Source: Escherichia coli
GTDB lineage: Bacteria > Pseudomonadota > Gammaproteobacteria > Enterobacterales > Enterobacteriaceae
Direction: 5' to 3' (one strand)
Length of the DNA: 64,000 bases
Assembly (NCBI RefSeq): GCF_030384885.1
Contig: NZ_CP128613.1
Position 1 is the stretch's first letter. Every line of letters begins with the position of its first letter. The translations under genes were made by a program, and so were the position numbers. The notes beneath the pieces are model-generated. The model ran no database searches. It was not told the origin of the DNA and saw only the letters and a program-made list of their open reading frames with translations. Shown one piece after another: positions 13,202 through 23,605 of the stretch.

Positions 13202-13479
13202 TCGCTAAATAATAGAGCAACCTTTAATAATCTTCTGATGAATAAAGATTGTCTCATATATTAATTTTATGAGATTTTTTTAGGATTATATCAAGGAGAA
13301 GAAAAGAACTTATTAAGCTAGAATAGCTGCGGGTGCTTGAGACTGTTTGTCTCAGGTATTCACCGAAAGGCAGACAGAGAAAAGCCCCACCTGACTATAA
13401 ATCAAAGTGAGGCTACCCTATGCCTGAACACCATAAGGTTAGCCTCTTACTCGTTAGAAATCAACACAGGAGGCTGGGA

Positions 13480-13632
13480 ATGCCGCAGAAATATAGATTA
13501 CTTTCTTTAATAGTGATTTGTTGCACGCTTTTATTTTTCACCTGGATGATAAGAGATTCACTGTGTGAATTGCATATTAAACAGGGGAGTTATGAGCTGG
13601 CGGCATTTTTAGCCTGCAATTTGAAAGAGTAA
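13480..13632 (+). CDS. hokA: Hok-family type I toxin (50 aa), locus intact
   Basis: MPQKYRLLSLIVICCTLLFFTWMIRDSLCELHIKQGSYELAAFLACNLKE; in-frame upstream extension present in ORF track (mok-like leader region). Confidence 0.85.
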   Translation: MPQKYRLLSLIVICCTLLFFTWMIRDSLCELHIKQGSYELAAFLACNLKE

Positions 13633-13762
13633 GAGTCTTCGGCGGGAAGTTATTCCCGCCTTTCTTACGGCGTTGCGCATTCTCATTGCACCCAAATTTA
13701 TTCTTCACAAAAATAATAATAGATTTTATTACGCGAACGATTATTTATTTCCTGAATAAACA

Positions 13763-13793
13763 AATAAAAAAATCCCCGCCATTTGGCAGGGAT
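13763..13793 (-). terminator. Rho-independent terminator downstream of cspA
   Basis: Hairpin ccctgcc-aaat-ggcgggg followed by U-run on minus-strand transcript. Confidence 0.6.
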
Positions 13794-13820
13794 CTTAGAT
13801 TCTGTGCTTTTAAGCAGAGA

Positions 13821-14033
13821 TTACAGGCTGGTTACGTTACCAGCTGCCGGGCCTTTAGCGCCGCTTTCGATGGTGAAGGACACTTTCTGACCTTCGTCCA
13901 GAGATTTGTAACCATCGTTCTGGATAGCAGAGAAGTGTACGAACACGTCTTTAGAGCCATCGTCAGGAGTGATGAAGCCGAAGCCTTTGTCAGCGTTGAA
14001 CCATTTTACGATACCAGTCATTTTACCGGACAT
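13821..14033 (-). CDS. cspA: Major cold shock protein CspA
   Basis: 70 aa [70 protein letters not shown]. Confidence 0.97.
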
Positions 14034-14192
14034 AGTGTATTACCTTTAATAATTAAGTGTGCCTTTCGGCGATATGGCGTGCTTTACAGATTTTGAAGCG
14101 TTAAAGGAATGTGCACTACGAGGGGTATCAACGATAACTCTTGAAGGGACTTGCCTTACTACACTGCTTTAATGGTCTGTACGTCAAACCGT
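14034..14192 (-). promoter_or_regulatory. cspA long 5' UTR (cold-responsive leader, by established knowledge)
   Basis: Region immediately upstream of cspA start on minus strand; extent taken from known ~159 nt leader, not resolved from sequence alone. Confidence 0.45.
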
Positions 14193-14313
14193 TGATGTGC
14201 ATTAAGCCACGCATTGGCGGGTGATGCAACAATTATTTTTCATATTTATGATTAATCGGTTGGAAAACGGTCCTGTCATCAGGACCGTAAACAGCAATAA
14301 AGTGGATAAAAGT

Positions 14314-14604
14314 CTATTCCATCAACTGCTTACTTAACGCTGGGTTAGCTTGAATCAGACGCATCAATTTTAGTTCGGCACTTGAAGGCTTAACGCGTCG
14401 GGATTCCCATTCCTTTACCATGGCGACGGAAACGCCCAAAACCCGAGCGAAATCATCGATTTTTAACCCCGTACCTTTACGTAACTGCTCAATCTCGGTA
14501 CAGGACGTTGTTCTATGCGTCAGAGTAATCTTCTGCGTTTCATCTTTAAAAACAATCTGTTCCAGGCTGCTCAACAGCTCATGCATGGGATCTTTATATT
14601 CCAT
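14314..14604 (-). CDS. yiaG: HTH (XRE-type) transcriptional regulator YiaG
   Basis: 96 aa ORF with helix-turn-helix segment LGVSVAMVKEWESRRVKP. Confidence 0.85.
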   Translation of the reverse strand: MEYKDPMHELLSSLEQIVFKDETQKITLTHRTTSCTEIEQLRKGTGLKIDDFARVLGVSVAMVKEWESRRVKPSSAELKLMRLIQANPALSKQLME

Positions 14605-15037
14605 TGAAAACTCCTCAAATCACACTGCGGGATCGTGAATTGCATCGAAGCTCATTAAGAATAGTCGGGAAAAGCAGACACAGCGGGAGTAAGGCAGGGC
14701 ATGCTCTGCCTGTGATTCGATTCAGCCTGACACTTAGCGTGACTTATAGCGACCTAACGATCTGATAAATGCCGATATATCTTTTACCACTCCGGGATTG
14801 TAAAGATTTCGAAAATATGGCGTTCTGTAAAGACGTAAATCTCTGGCTAGAAAAAAGGCAACTGCAATGTCATTTTTTATCAATGAAACAACAAATTAAC
14901 CTTGTTTCGTTTTCTCCATTATTTTACCAGGAAGATTACGTAGAAAGGGTATCCTGCAAGCCTGTCCTGGACTATCCTTGTCACGTCAGACACGCGTGTG
15001 TCGTTGTGCGCTTTTTTTGGGTGAAAGGAGTAAGAAA

Positions 15038-15748
15038 ATGGCGACAGGAAAGTCCTGCTCTCGCTGGTTTGCGCCTCTTGCGGCGTTATTAATGGTAGTT
15101 AGCCTGAGTGGGTGTTTTGATAAAGAAGGCGATCAGCGTAAAGCGTTTATCGACTTCCTGCAGAATACAGTGATGCGTAGCGGTGAACGTCTACCAACCC
15201 TGACTGCCGATCAGAAAAAACAGTTTGGTCCTTTTGTCTCTGATTACGCGATTCTGTATGGTTATTCACAGCAGGTGAATCAGGCGATGGATTCCGGTCT
15301 GCGCCCGGTTGTAGACAGCGTTAACGCAATTCGCGTACCGCAGGATTACGTTACGCAAAGCGGCCCACTGCGTGAAATGAACGGTTCTCTGGGTGTGCTG
15401 GCGCAACAGCTGCAAAATGCGAAGTTGCAGGCCGATGCTGCGCACTCTGCGCTAAAACAGAGCGATGACCTGAAACCGGTCTTTGATCAGGCATTCACCA
15501 AAGTGGTAACGACGCCAGCTGATGCTTTGCAACCGTTGATTCCGGCGGCACAAACTTTCACGCAACAACTGGTGATGGTTGGAGATTACATTGCTCAGCA
15601 AGGTACTCAGGTGAGTTTTGTCGCAAATGGCATCCAGTTCCCGACTTCGCAGCAGGCAAGTGAATATAACAAACTGATTGCGCCATTACCGGCACAGCAT
15701 CAGGCGTTTAATCAGGCCTGGACTACAGCAGTCACTGCAACCCAATAA
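15038..15748 (+). CDS. yiaF: Lipoprotein YiaF (DUF3053-type)
   Basis: ORF 14978..15748; start at ATG 15038 with AAGGAG RBS gives 236 aa; signal peptide and lipobox LSGC. Confidence 0.85.
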   Translation: MATGKSCSRWFAPLAALLMVVSLSGCFDKEGDQRKAFIDFLQNTVMRSGERLPTLTADQKKQFGPFVSDYAILYGYSQQVNQAMDSGLRPVVDSVNAIRVPQDYVTQSGPLREMNGSLGVLAQQLQNAKLQADAAHSALKQSDDLKPVFDQAFTKVVTTPADALQPLIPAAQTFTQQLVMVGDYIAQQGTQVSFVANGIQFPTSQQASEYNKLIAPLPAQHQAFNQAWTTAVTATQ

Positions 15749-15796
15749 AGAGTAAAAGCCCGAGCGATTATCGGGCTTTACTTCCCGCAGTCGCGG

Positions 15797-16771
15797 TTAT
15801 TCCGCGACGTGCGGATTCACACAGTTCTTCTCAACTTTTCCCTGTAACGCATTAATCAAATTATCCACGGCGCAGGCGGCCATGCCATAACGCGTCTCAT
15901 GAGTGGCTGAACCAATATGCGGTACCGCGACGACATTTGCCATTGAGAGCAACGGCGAATCTACAGACAGTGGCTCTTGTTCGAATACATCCAGCCCGGC
16001 AGCGTGAATTTCCCCTTTCTGCAATGCTGCAATCAGTGCATTTTCGTCAACCACTGGACCACGTCCGGCATTAATGAAAATGGCGGAGGATTTCATTTTG
16101 GCGAATTGTTCTGCGCCAAACAGATGATGCGTTTCATCAGTTAACGGCAGGATCAGGCAAACGAAATCTGACTCTTGTAACAGTGTATCCAAATCGCAGT
16201 AGCGGGCGTTGAAGCGTTCTTCTGCTTCTTTATGGTGGCGGCGCGCGTTATAGAGGATGGGCATATTGAAGCCAAAGTGCGCACGTTGTGCCAGCGCCAT
16301 GCCGATCCGTCCCATCCCGATAATGCCCAGTGTTTTATGGTGAACGTCAGTGCCGTACCAGTCCGGGCCTATGCTCGCGGTCCATTCGCCTGCTTTTACC
16401 CGTTCTGCTACCTCCACAACCCGACGAGCGGTAGACAACACCAGCGCCATCAGCGTATCGGCGACGGTTTCCGTTAATACGGTTGGCGTGTGCATCAGCA
16501 GGATTTTTCGAGCATTAAGGGCATCGACATCAAAATTGTCATAGCCTACGGAGATCGTTGATGTGGCCCGCAGTTTCGGCATTTTTTCCAGCAATGCGGC
16601 ATCAACATTCTCATTTGAACCCAGTAAACCTTCAGCTTCGGCAAAAATTGCTGCATTTTGTTCGATGGTTTGTGGGCTGAGGTTTGCCACCTGATGAACG
16701 GTGAAATGCTCTTGCAGGCGTTGCAGTAAATCATCAGGTAAGGCTTTGTAGAGGATAACGGACGGCTTCAT
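15797..16771 (-). CDS. ghrB: Glyoxylate/hydroxypyruvate reductase B (2-hydroxyacid dehydrogenase)
   Basis: ORF 15797..16783; start at MKPSVILYK gives 324 aa; NAD-binding GxGxxG motif GIIGMGRIG. Confidence 0.9.
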   Translation of the reverse strand: MKPSVILYKALPDDLLQRLQEHFTVHQVANLSPQTIEQNAAIFAEAEGLLGSNENVDAALLEKMPKLRATSTISVGYDNFDVDALNARKILLMHTPTVLTETVADTLMALVLSTARRVVEVAERVKAGEWTASIGPDWYGTDVHHKTLGIIGMGRIGMALAQRAHFGFNMPILYNARRHHKEAEERFNARYCDLDTLLQESDFVCLILPLTDETHHLFGAEQFAKMKSSAIFINAGRGPVVDENALIAALQKGEIHAAGLDVFEQEPLSVDSPLLSMANVVAVPHIGSATHETRYGMAACAVDNLINALQGKVEKNCVNPHVAE

Positions 16772-16874
16772 TCTTCTCTCCATTCACTGATAAGGCGATC
16801 ACCTTAGCCTGAAATATGATGAAGGAAAACTGAAGAATGCCAGGTGATTTTTGCATCACCTGGCATGAAAGGGA

Positions 16875-17534
16875 TTACAGCGGGCTTAAGGTAATTTCTA
16901 CACGGCGGTTTTGCGCCTTACCTTCTGCGGTGCTGTTGCTGGCGATTGGGTTAGCCGGGCCAAGGCCCTGAGTACGGATGCGGCTGGCGTCCACGCCCTG
17001 GGTGATCAACGCGCTGGCAACGGAATCCGCACGCTGCTGGGAGAGACGCATGTTCAGGTCGTGACCACCCGTGCTGTCGGTATAACCAATCACGTTAACC
17101 GCCGTTTTCGGATACTCTTTCAGCACCATTGCCACGCCGGTTAGGGTGTTAGCGCCTGCCGGTTTCAGGGTCGCGCTGCTGCTGTCGAAGGTTACATTGT
17201 TCGGCATATTGAGGATAATGTTATCCCCGCTGCGGGTTACGCTAACACCAGTGCCGCGCATTTTGTCACGTAGCTTCGCTTCCTGCACATCCATGTAATA
17301 ACCAACGCCGCCGCCCAGAGCTGCACCCGCTGCTGCGCCAATCAGCGCGCCTTTACCGCGATCTTTCTTCGAAGAAGAGAGCGCACCAATACCCGCGCCA
17401 ACGAGAGAGCCCAGACCTGCACCGATAGCAGATTTACCTGCTTCGCGTTCACCTGTGTAAGGGTTAGTGGTGCAGCCAGATACCGCCAGAGCGCCACTCA
17501 CTACGGCGGCAATAAGATAAACACGTTTCTTCAT
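16875..17534 (-). CDS. yiaD: OmpA-domain outer membrane lipoprotein YiaD
   Basis: 219 aa; lipobox VSGC; C-terminal OmpA-like peptidoglycan-binding region. Confidence 0.9.
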   Translation of the reverse strand: MKKRVYLIAAVVSGALAVSGCTTNPYTGEREAGKSAIGAGLGSLVGAGIGALSSSKKDRGKGALIGAAAGAALGGGVGYYMDVQEAKLRDKMRGTGVSVTRSGDNIILNMPNNVTFDSSSATLKPAGANTLTGVAMVLKEYPKTAVNVIGYTDSTGGHDLNMRLSQQRADSVASALITQGVDASRIRTQGLGPANPIASNSTAEGKAQNRRVEITLSPL

Positions 17535-17686
17535 TGTTAATCCTTAATAACCTTTTTATTCTTTGCCACGGGTTCCGTGGCGGGAGATTATGCCGCGTGA
17601 ACATGAAGATTATTCCTGGGAATACTCGGAAATTTGTAAGTAATATTTAACTGCTCAATACATCTAACCTTTCAGGAGCCTTCGGT

Positions 17687-20020
17687 TTGGCCAACTCATC
17701 CTCACGATATTCCGTTCTGACTGCCGCTCACTGGGGGCCCATGCTGGTTGAAACCGACGGCGAAACCGTGCTTAGCTCGCGTGGCGCGTTAGCCACAGGA
17801 ATGGAAAACTCCTTGCAGAGCGCGGTTCGCGACCAGGTTCACAGTAATACGCGGGTACGATTTCCAATGGTGCGCAAAGGCTTTCTTGCGTCACCGGAAA
17901 ACCCGCAAGGCATTCGTGGGCAGGATGAATTTGTTCGTGTGAGTTGGGATGAGGCGCTGGAGCTTATTCACCAACAACATAAACGTATTCGTGAGGCTTA
18001 TGGTCCGGCATCGATTTTTGCTGGTTCCTACGGCTGGCGTTCAAACGGCGTGCTGCATAAGGCCTCGACATTATTACAACGCTATATGGCGCTGGCAGGC
18101 GGTTATACCGGGCATCTGGGGGATTATTCGACCGGTGCAGCACAGGCGATCATGCCGTATGTCGTGGGGGGCAGCGAAGTTTATCAACAGCAAACCAGTT
18201 GGCCGTTGGTATTGGAACATAGCGATGTCGTGGTGCTATGGAGTGCTAACCCACTCAATACGCTGAAAATTGCGTGGAATGCATCCGATGAGCAGGGGCT
18301 TTCTTACTTTTCCGCACTGCGTGACAGCGGGAAAAAGCTGATCTGCATTGATCCAATGCGATCGGAAACCGTCGATTTCTTTGGCGATAAAATGGAGTGG
18401 GTGGCACCGCACATGGGCACCGATGTTGCGCTGATGCTGGGGATCGCCCATACGCTGGTGGAAAATGGCTGGCACGACGAAGCGTTTCTGGCGCGTTGCA
18501 CCACAGGTTATGACGTCTTCGCCTCTTATTTGCTGGGCGAGAGTGACGGAATAGCGAAAAATGCCGAATGGGCGGCAGAGATTTGTGGGATTAACGCAGA
18601 GAAAATCCGCGAACTGGCGGCTATTTTTCATCAAAATACCACCATGCTGATGGCTGGCTGGGGAATGCAGCGCCAGCAGTTTGGTGAGCAAAAACACTGG
18701 ATGATCGTCACCCTGGCAGCAATGTTAGGGCAAATCGGCACGCCTGGCGGGGGCTTTGGTCTTTCTTACCATTTTGCCAATGGTGGTAACCCTACGCGCC
18801 GCGCTGCGGTGCTTTCATCTATGCAGGGCAGCTTGCCAGGTGGCACCGATGCGGTAGATAAAATCCCTGTAGCCCGTATGGTTGAAGCTCTGGAAAACCC
18901 TGGCGGTGCATACCAACACAATGGCATGAACCGTCACTTCCCGGATATTCGTTTTATCTGGTGGGCGGGCGGCGCCAACTTTACTCATCATCAGGATACC
19001 AATCGCCTGATTCGTGCCTGGCAAAAACCGGAGCTGGTGGTGATCTCCGAATGCTTCTGGACGGCAGCGGCGAAACACGCCGATATCGTCCTCCCTGCAA
19101 CCACCTCGTTTGAGCGTAATGACCTCACCATGACCGGCGATTACAGTAATCAGCATCTGGTGCCGATGAAGCAAGTGGTGCCTCCACGTGATGAAGCGCG
19201 TAATGATTTTGCTGTCTTTGCCGAGTTGAGTGAACGTTGGGAGAAGGGCGGCTATGCGCGGTTTACGGAAGGAAAAAGTGAGCTGCAATGGCTGGAAACG
19301 TTTTATAACGTTGCACGGCAGCGCGGGGCAAGCCAGCAGGTTGAATTGCCGCCATTTGCTGAGTTCTGGGAAGCCAACCAGTTAATTGAGATGCCGGAAA
19401 ACCCGGACAGCGAGCGGTTTATTCGCTTCGCCGATTTTCGCCGCGATCCGCAGGCGCATCCATTAAAAACCGCCAGCGGCAAGATTGAAATCTTCTCGCA
19501 GCGTATTGCCGATTACGCTTATCCGGATTGCCCTGGGCATCCAATGTGGCTGGAGCCGGACGAATGGCAGGGCAATGCCGAACCGGAACAGTTGCAGGTA
19601 CTTTCTGCTCATCCGGCACATCGTCTGCACAGCCAGCTGAATTACAGTTCTCTGCGCGAATTGTACGCGGTGGCAAATCGTGAGCCTGTCACCATTCATC
19701 CTGACGATGCCCAGGCGCGCGGCATACAAGATGGCGATATTGTTCGGTTGTGGAACGCACGCGGGCAAATTCTTGCCGGAGCGGTCATTAGCGAGGGAAT
19801 TAAACCTGGCGTGATTTGCATTCATGAAGGGGCATGGCCGGATCTGGATTTAACCGCTGACGGTATTTGTAAAAACGGCGCGGTGAACGTTCTGACCAAA
19901 GATCTCCCCAGCTCGCGGCTGGGGAATGGCTGTGCGGGTAATACGGCGCTGGCATGGCTGGAAAAATACAACGGTCCGGAACTGACACTTACAGCGTTTG
20001 AACCACCGGCCAGCTCATAA
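17687..20020 (+). CDS. bisC: Biotin sulfoxide reductase (molybdopterin oxidoreductase)
   Basis: 777 aa ORF beginning at TTG with AGGAG RBS; [19 protein letters not shown]... Confidence 0.9.
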   Translation: MANSSSRYSVLTAAHWGPMLVETDGETVLSSRGALATGMENSLQSAVRDQVHSNTRVRFPMVRKGFLASPENPQGIRGQDEFVRVSWDEALELIHQQHKRIREAYGPASIFAGSYGWRSNGVLHKASTLLQRYMALAGGYTGHLGDYSTGAAQAIMPYVVGGSEVYQQQTSWPLVLEHSDVVVLWSANPLNTLKIAWNASDEQGLSYFSALRDSGKKLICIDPMRSETVDFFGDKMEWVAPHMGTDVALMLGIAHTLVENGWHDEAFLARCTTGYDVFASYLLGESDGIAKNAEWAAEICGINAEKIRELAAIFHQNTTMLMAGWGMQRQQFGEQKHWMIVTLAAMLGQIGTPGGGFGLSYHFANGGNPTRRAAVLSSMQGSLPGGTDAVDKIPVARMVEALENPGGAYQHNGMNRHFPDIRFIWWAGGANFTHHQDTNRLIRAWQKPELVVISECFWTAAAKHADIVLPATTSFERNDLTMTGDYSNQHLVPMKQVVPPRDEARNDFAVFAELSERWEKGGYARFTEGKSELQWLETFYNVARQRGASQQVELPPFAEFWEANQLIEMPENPDSERFIRFADFRRDPQAHPLKTASGKIEIFSQRIADYAYPDCPGHPMWLEPDEWQGNAEPEQLQVLSAHPAHRLHSQLNYSSLRELYAVANREPVTIHPDDAQARGIQDGDIVRLWNARGQILAGAVISEGIKPGVICIHEGAWPDLDLTADGICKNGAVNVLTKDLPSSRLGNGCAGNTALAWLEKYNGPELTLTAFEPPASS

Positions 20021-20429
20021 TCCAGGTGGGTAGTTGGGTTTCATCCTGCCATGCGCAGTCGACAATGTGAAAACCCTGCGCATGGTAAAAATCTATCGCC
20101 GGTTGATTTTTTTGATAAACCTCCAGCATCAGATGGGGATGGCGCTGCTGCACATACTGCATTAGCGCCTTACCAATACCGCGTCTGACGGCCTTCGGTG
20201 CGACAAACATTGCAGCCAGAAATCGGCCTTCCATAATGCTGACAAAACCGAGAAGCTTACCGTCTTCTTCCCAGACCCAGTTTTGCGCGTTGGCAAGATA
20301 GGCATCCCGCACCAGCGGAATGCAATCACGCCAGTAATTCGCTTTTATAAAGGGATGCCCCCAGGTTGTACTTTCCAGCCACAATTCGAGGATCGCGGGG
20401 AGTTCTGAACGTTGCGCTTCCCGAATCAT
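19989..20429 (-). CDS. yiaC: GNAT family N-acetyltransferase YiaC
   Basis: 146 aa ORF; 3' end overlaps bisC 3' end convergently by 32 nt; start overlaps tag stop (ATGA). Confidence 0.85.
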   Translation of the reverse strand: MIREAQRSELPAILELWLESTTWGHPFIKANYWRDCIPLVRDAYLANAQNWVWEEDGKLLGFVSIMEGRFLAAMFVAPKAVRRGIGKALMQYVQQRHPHLMLEVYQKNQPAIDFYHAQGFHIVDCAWQDETQLPTWIMSWPVVQTL

Positions 20430-20989
20430 GGTTTATTTCCCGGATAGCAACAGCAGCCAACCACATGATCATTCACCAGCCCACATGCCTGCATAAAGGA
20501 GTAACAGATTGTGGTACCAACAAACTTAAAACCACGCTTTTTCAGGGCTTTAGATAGAGCGTCGGAGGCGGGCGTAGATGTAGGGATTTCGCTCAACGTT
20601 GTGGCTTGTGTCACCTGTGGTTGATGATTGACAAACGACCAAACAAAGTCGGCAAACGGTTCGCCGTTCTGTTCCATTTGCAGGTACGCTCGCGCATTGC
20701 CAATAATTGCCTGAATTTTCCCGCGATGGCGGATAATCCCGGCGTCCTGTACCAGTCTTTCGACGTCCTCTTCCTGCATTGCAGCCACCTTCACCGGATC
20801 GAACTGATGAAAGCTGGCGCGATAGTTTTCGCGTTTTTTGAGGACGGTGATCCACGATAATCCAGCCTGCTGCCCTTCAAGGCAGATCATTTCGAACAGT
20901 TTTTTACTGTCAGTTTCAGGCACGCCCCATTCATTATCATGGTAGGCAATATAAAGCGGGTCCTGACTCACCCAGCCGCAACGTTCCAT
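20426..20989 (-). CDS. tag: 3-methyladenine DNA glycosylase I
   Basis: ORF 20426..21226; start at internal ATG (MERCGWVSQDPLYIAYHDNEWG...) gives 187 aa. Confidence 0.9.
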   Translation of the reverse strand: MERCGWVSQDPLYIAYHDNEWGVPETDSKKLFEMICLEGQQAGLSWITVLKKRENYRASFHQFDPVKVAAMQEEDVERLVQDAGIIRHRGKIQAIIGNARAYLQMEQNGEPFADFVWSFVNHQPQVTQATTLSEIPTSTPASDALSKALKKRGFKFVGTTICYSFMQACGLVNDHVVGCCCYPGNKP

Positions 20990-21146
20990 ACTTTCCCTCG
21001 CTATGTACCCGATCGTAAAAATTTCAGCCGCTTTTCTTGACGCATCGGTGAAAAAGTCAATATTTAATACAGGGCTACTATGCCCGATATCCTTCATACA
21101 ATGACAATAATATTGCCGAATTCGGCTCTTCCCTGGAGTCGTGTTA

Positions 21147-21845
21147 ATGATCATAAAAAAAAGCGGTGGTCGCTGACAGTTAAGCCTGCTGGCGAGCGTG
21201 GTAATCAGTGCCTTTTTTCTCAACACAGCTTACGCCTGGCAACAAGAATATATCGTTGATACGCAACCCGGACATTCCACAGAGCGCTACACCTGGGATA
21301 GCGATCATCAACCTGATTACAACGATATTCTGTCGCAACGTATTCAAAGTAGCCAAAGGGCGCTGGGACTGGAAGTCAATCTGGCGGAAGAAACCCCTGT
21401 GGATGTGACCAGCAGTATGAGTATGGGCTGGAATTTTCCTTTATATGAACAGGTTACAACCGGCCCGGTCGCGGCATTACATTACGATGGTACAACCACC
21501 TCGATGTATAACGAGTTTGGCGACAGTACTACTACACTGACTGATCCGTTATGGCATGCCAGTGTGAGTACCTTAGGCTGGCGTGTTGACTCCCGGCTTG
21601 GCGATCTCCGACCCTGGGCGCAAATCAGCTATAACCAGCAATTTGGCGAGAATATCTGGAAGGCGCAATCAGGCTTAAGCCGGATGACGGCGACAAACCA
21701 GAACGGCAACTGGCTGGATGTCACGGTAGGTGCTGATATGTTGCTCAATCAAAATATTGCCGCCTACGCTGCGTTATCTCAGGCAGAAAATACCACGAAC
21801 AATAATGACTATCTGTATACGATGGGGGTTAGTGCCAGATTTTAA
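21147..21845 (+). pseudogene. yhjY: yhjY (autotransporter-like beta-barrel protein) interrupted by in-frame TGA at codon 10 (21174..21176); downstream GTG-initiated ORF 21198..21845 remains
   Basis: ATG 21147 to stop 21845 is 232 codons, matching the recalled YhjY length, but reads MIIKKSGGR-TGA-QLSLLASVVISAFF; ORF track restarts at GTG 21198 without the n-region of the signal peptide. Confidence 0.5.
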
Positions 21846-22073
21846 CGTTATAGAAACAATTGAAACCCATAAATAACAACTAATGTGGCGATAGTGGGGA
21901 CTAACTTACTAAATAATAAATTTGGTGAATAATTGTCGAGTCATTCATTCCTGAACTAATGCATTTCATTCCGTTCTGATGGCATTTCATGCCGTTTTTC
22001 CCCAGGCATAAAGTGCACTTCGTTATGGTTGTCAGCAGAGATTTTTCCTTTTTATTACTGCAGGAATACTGCC

Positions 22074-23282
22074 ATGACACCTTCAAATTATCAGCGTACT
22101 CGCTGGCTGACACTCATCGGTACTATCATTACCCAGTTTGCCCTGGGGTCGGTTTATACCTGGAGTCTGTTTAACGGCGCGCTTTCTGCCAAGCTGGGGG
22201 CTCCGGTAAGCCAGGTTGCTTTCTCTTTCGGCTTGTTAAGTCTGGGGCTGGCAATTTCGTCTTCTGTTGCGGGCAAATTGCAAGAACGTTTTGGTGTTAA
22301 ACGCGTCACTATGGCTTCCGGCATTTTGCTGGGATTAGGTTTCTTCCTGACAGCACATTCCAACAACCTGATGATGCTGTGGTTAAGCGCCGGTGTGTTG
22401 GTTGGTCTGGCGGATGGTGCGGGTTACCTGTTGACGCTCTCTAACTGCGTGAAGTGGTTCCCGGAGCGTAAGGGACTCATCTCTGCTTTCGCTATTGGTT
22501 CTTATGGACTTGGTAGTCTGGGTTTCAAATTTATCGATACGCAACTGTTGGAAACGGTCGGTCTGGAAAAAACCTTTGTTATTTGGGGCGCGATTGTACT
22601 GGTGATGATTATCTTTGGCGCAACGTTAATGAAAGATGCGCCGAAACAGGAAGTGAAAACCAGCAATGGTGTGGTGGAGAAGGATTACACGCTGGCAGAG
22701 TCGATGCGTAAACCGCAGTACTGGATGTTAGCAGTTATGTTCCTGACTGCCTGCATGAGTGGCCTGTATGTGATTGGCGTGGCGAAAGATATCGCTCAAA
22801 GTCTGGCGCATCTTGATGCAATTTCCGCAGCCAATGCTGTGACGGTTATTTCCATCGCCAACCTTTCTGGTCGTCTGGTGCTGGGCATTCTGTCTGACAA
22901 AATCGCCCGTATCCGTGTTATCACCATTGGTCAGGTCATTTCGCTGGTGGGCATGGCGGCCCTGCTGTTTGCACCATTGAATGCAGTGACGTTCTTTGCA
23001 GCGATTGCCTGCGTGGCATTTAACTTCGGCGGCACTATCACGGTGTTCCCGTCACTGGTCAGTGAGTTCTTCGGCCTAAATAATCTGGCAAAAAACTACG
23101 GTGTGATTTACCTCGGTTTCGGAATCGGCAGCATTTGTGGTTCGATTATCGCTTCACTGTTTGGCGGATTCTATGTGACATTCTACGTGATTTTCGCCCT
23201 GCTGATTCTGTCACTGGCGCTTTCTACGACGATTCGCCAGCCAGAGCAGAAAATGTTGCGTGAGGCGCATGGCTCCCTTTAA
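22074..23282 (+). CDS. yhjX: MFS transporter YhjX (oxalate/formate antiporter family)
   Basis: ORF 22029..23282; start at MTPSNYQRTRWLTLIG gives 402 aa; polytopic membrane protein. Confidence 0.9.
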   Translation: MTPSNYQRTRWLTLIGTIITQFALGSVYTWSLFNGALSAKLGAPVSQVAFSFGLLSLGLAISSSVAGKLQERFGVKRVTMASGILLGLGFFLTAHSNNLMMLWLSAGVLVGLADGAGYLLTLSNCVKWFPERKGLISAFAIGSYGLGSLGFKFIDTQLLETVGLEKTFVIWGAIVLVMIIFGATLMKDAPKQEVKTSNGVVEKDYTLAESMRKPQYWMLAVMFLTACMSGLYVIGVAKDIAQSLAHLDAISAANAVTVISIANLSGRLVLGILSDKIARIRVITIGQVISLVGMAALLFAPLNAVTFFAAIACVAFNFGGTITVFPSLVSEFFGLNNLAKNYGVIYLGFGIGSICGSIIASLFGGFYVTFYVIFALLILSLALSTTIRQPEQKMLREAHGSL

Positions 23283-23605
23283 TGACCTGCCGCGAGCTAC
23301 TGGGCTTTAGCCTTAGTGTGAATCAAACGCTTCAACGCAATGTATAAACAATGACGCGTAAAATTTGGGCCAGTGAACTGGCCCTTTTTACTGCTTTTTG
23401 TAACGCTAAAGTCTCTTTTCAAACTTGCATTTTTGTAAATTTGTGCTTCATGCACACTCTTTCCCCACACTTTTTCCCTTTGCTGTGGTCTACTTATTCG
23501 CGCGTGTAGATTTTACTTATCTGACTACCTCCGCACTTTTCCCCTGCCGGGCCTGAAAAGCCACTAAGCAGGGTGTTATCACCTGTTTGTCCAGGGTTTG
23601 TTTGC

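Noticed and set aside
13420-13479. In-frame N-terminal extension of hokA (70-aa ORF beginning MPEHHKV) as a separate mok-like coding sequence
   Set aside because: The Hok peptide itself is 50 aa. I cannot verify from sequence alone whether the upstream frame is translated, so only the hokA ORF is called.
13686-14096. 136-aa plus-strand ORF overlapping cspA
   Set aside because: It is antisense to the strongly supported cspA gene and its terminator, so it is a spurious frame.
14769-15092. 107-aa ORF in the yiaG-yiaF intergenic region running into yiaF
   Set aside because: It has no RBS, overlaps the yiaF start region in another frame, and is more plausibly the yiaF promoter/leader.
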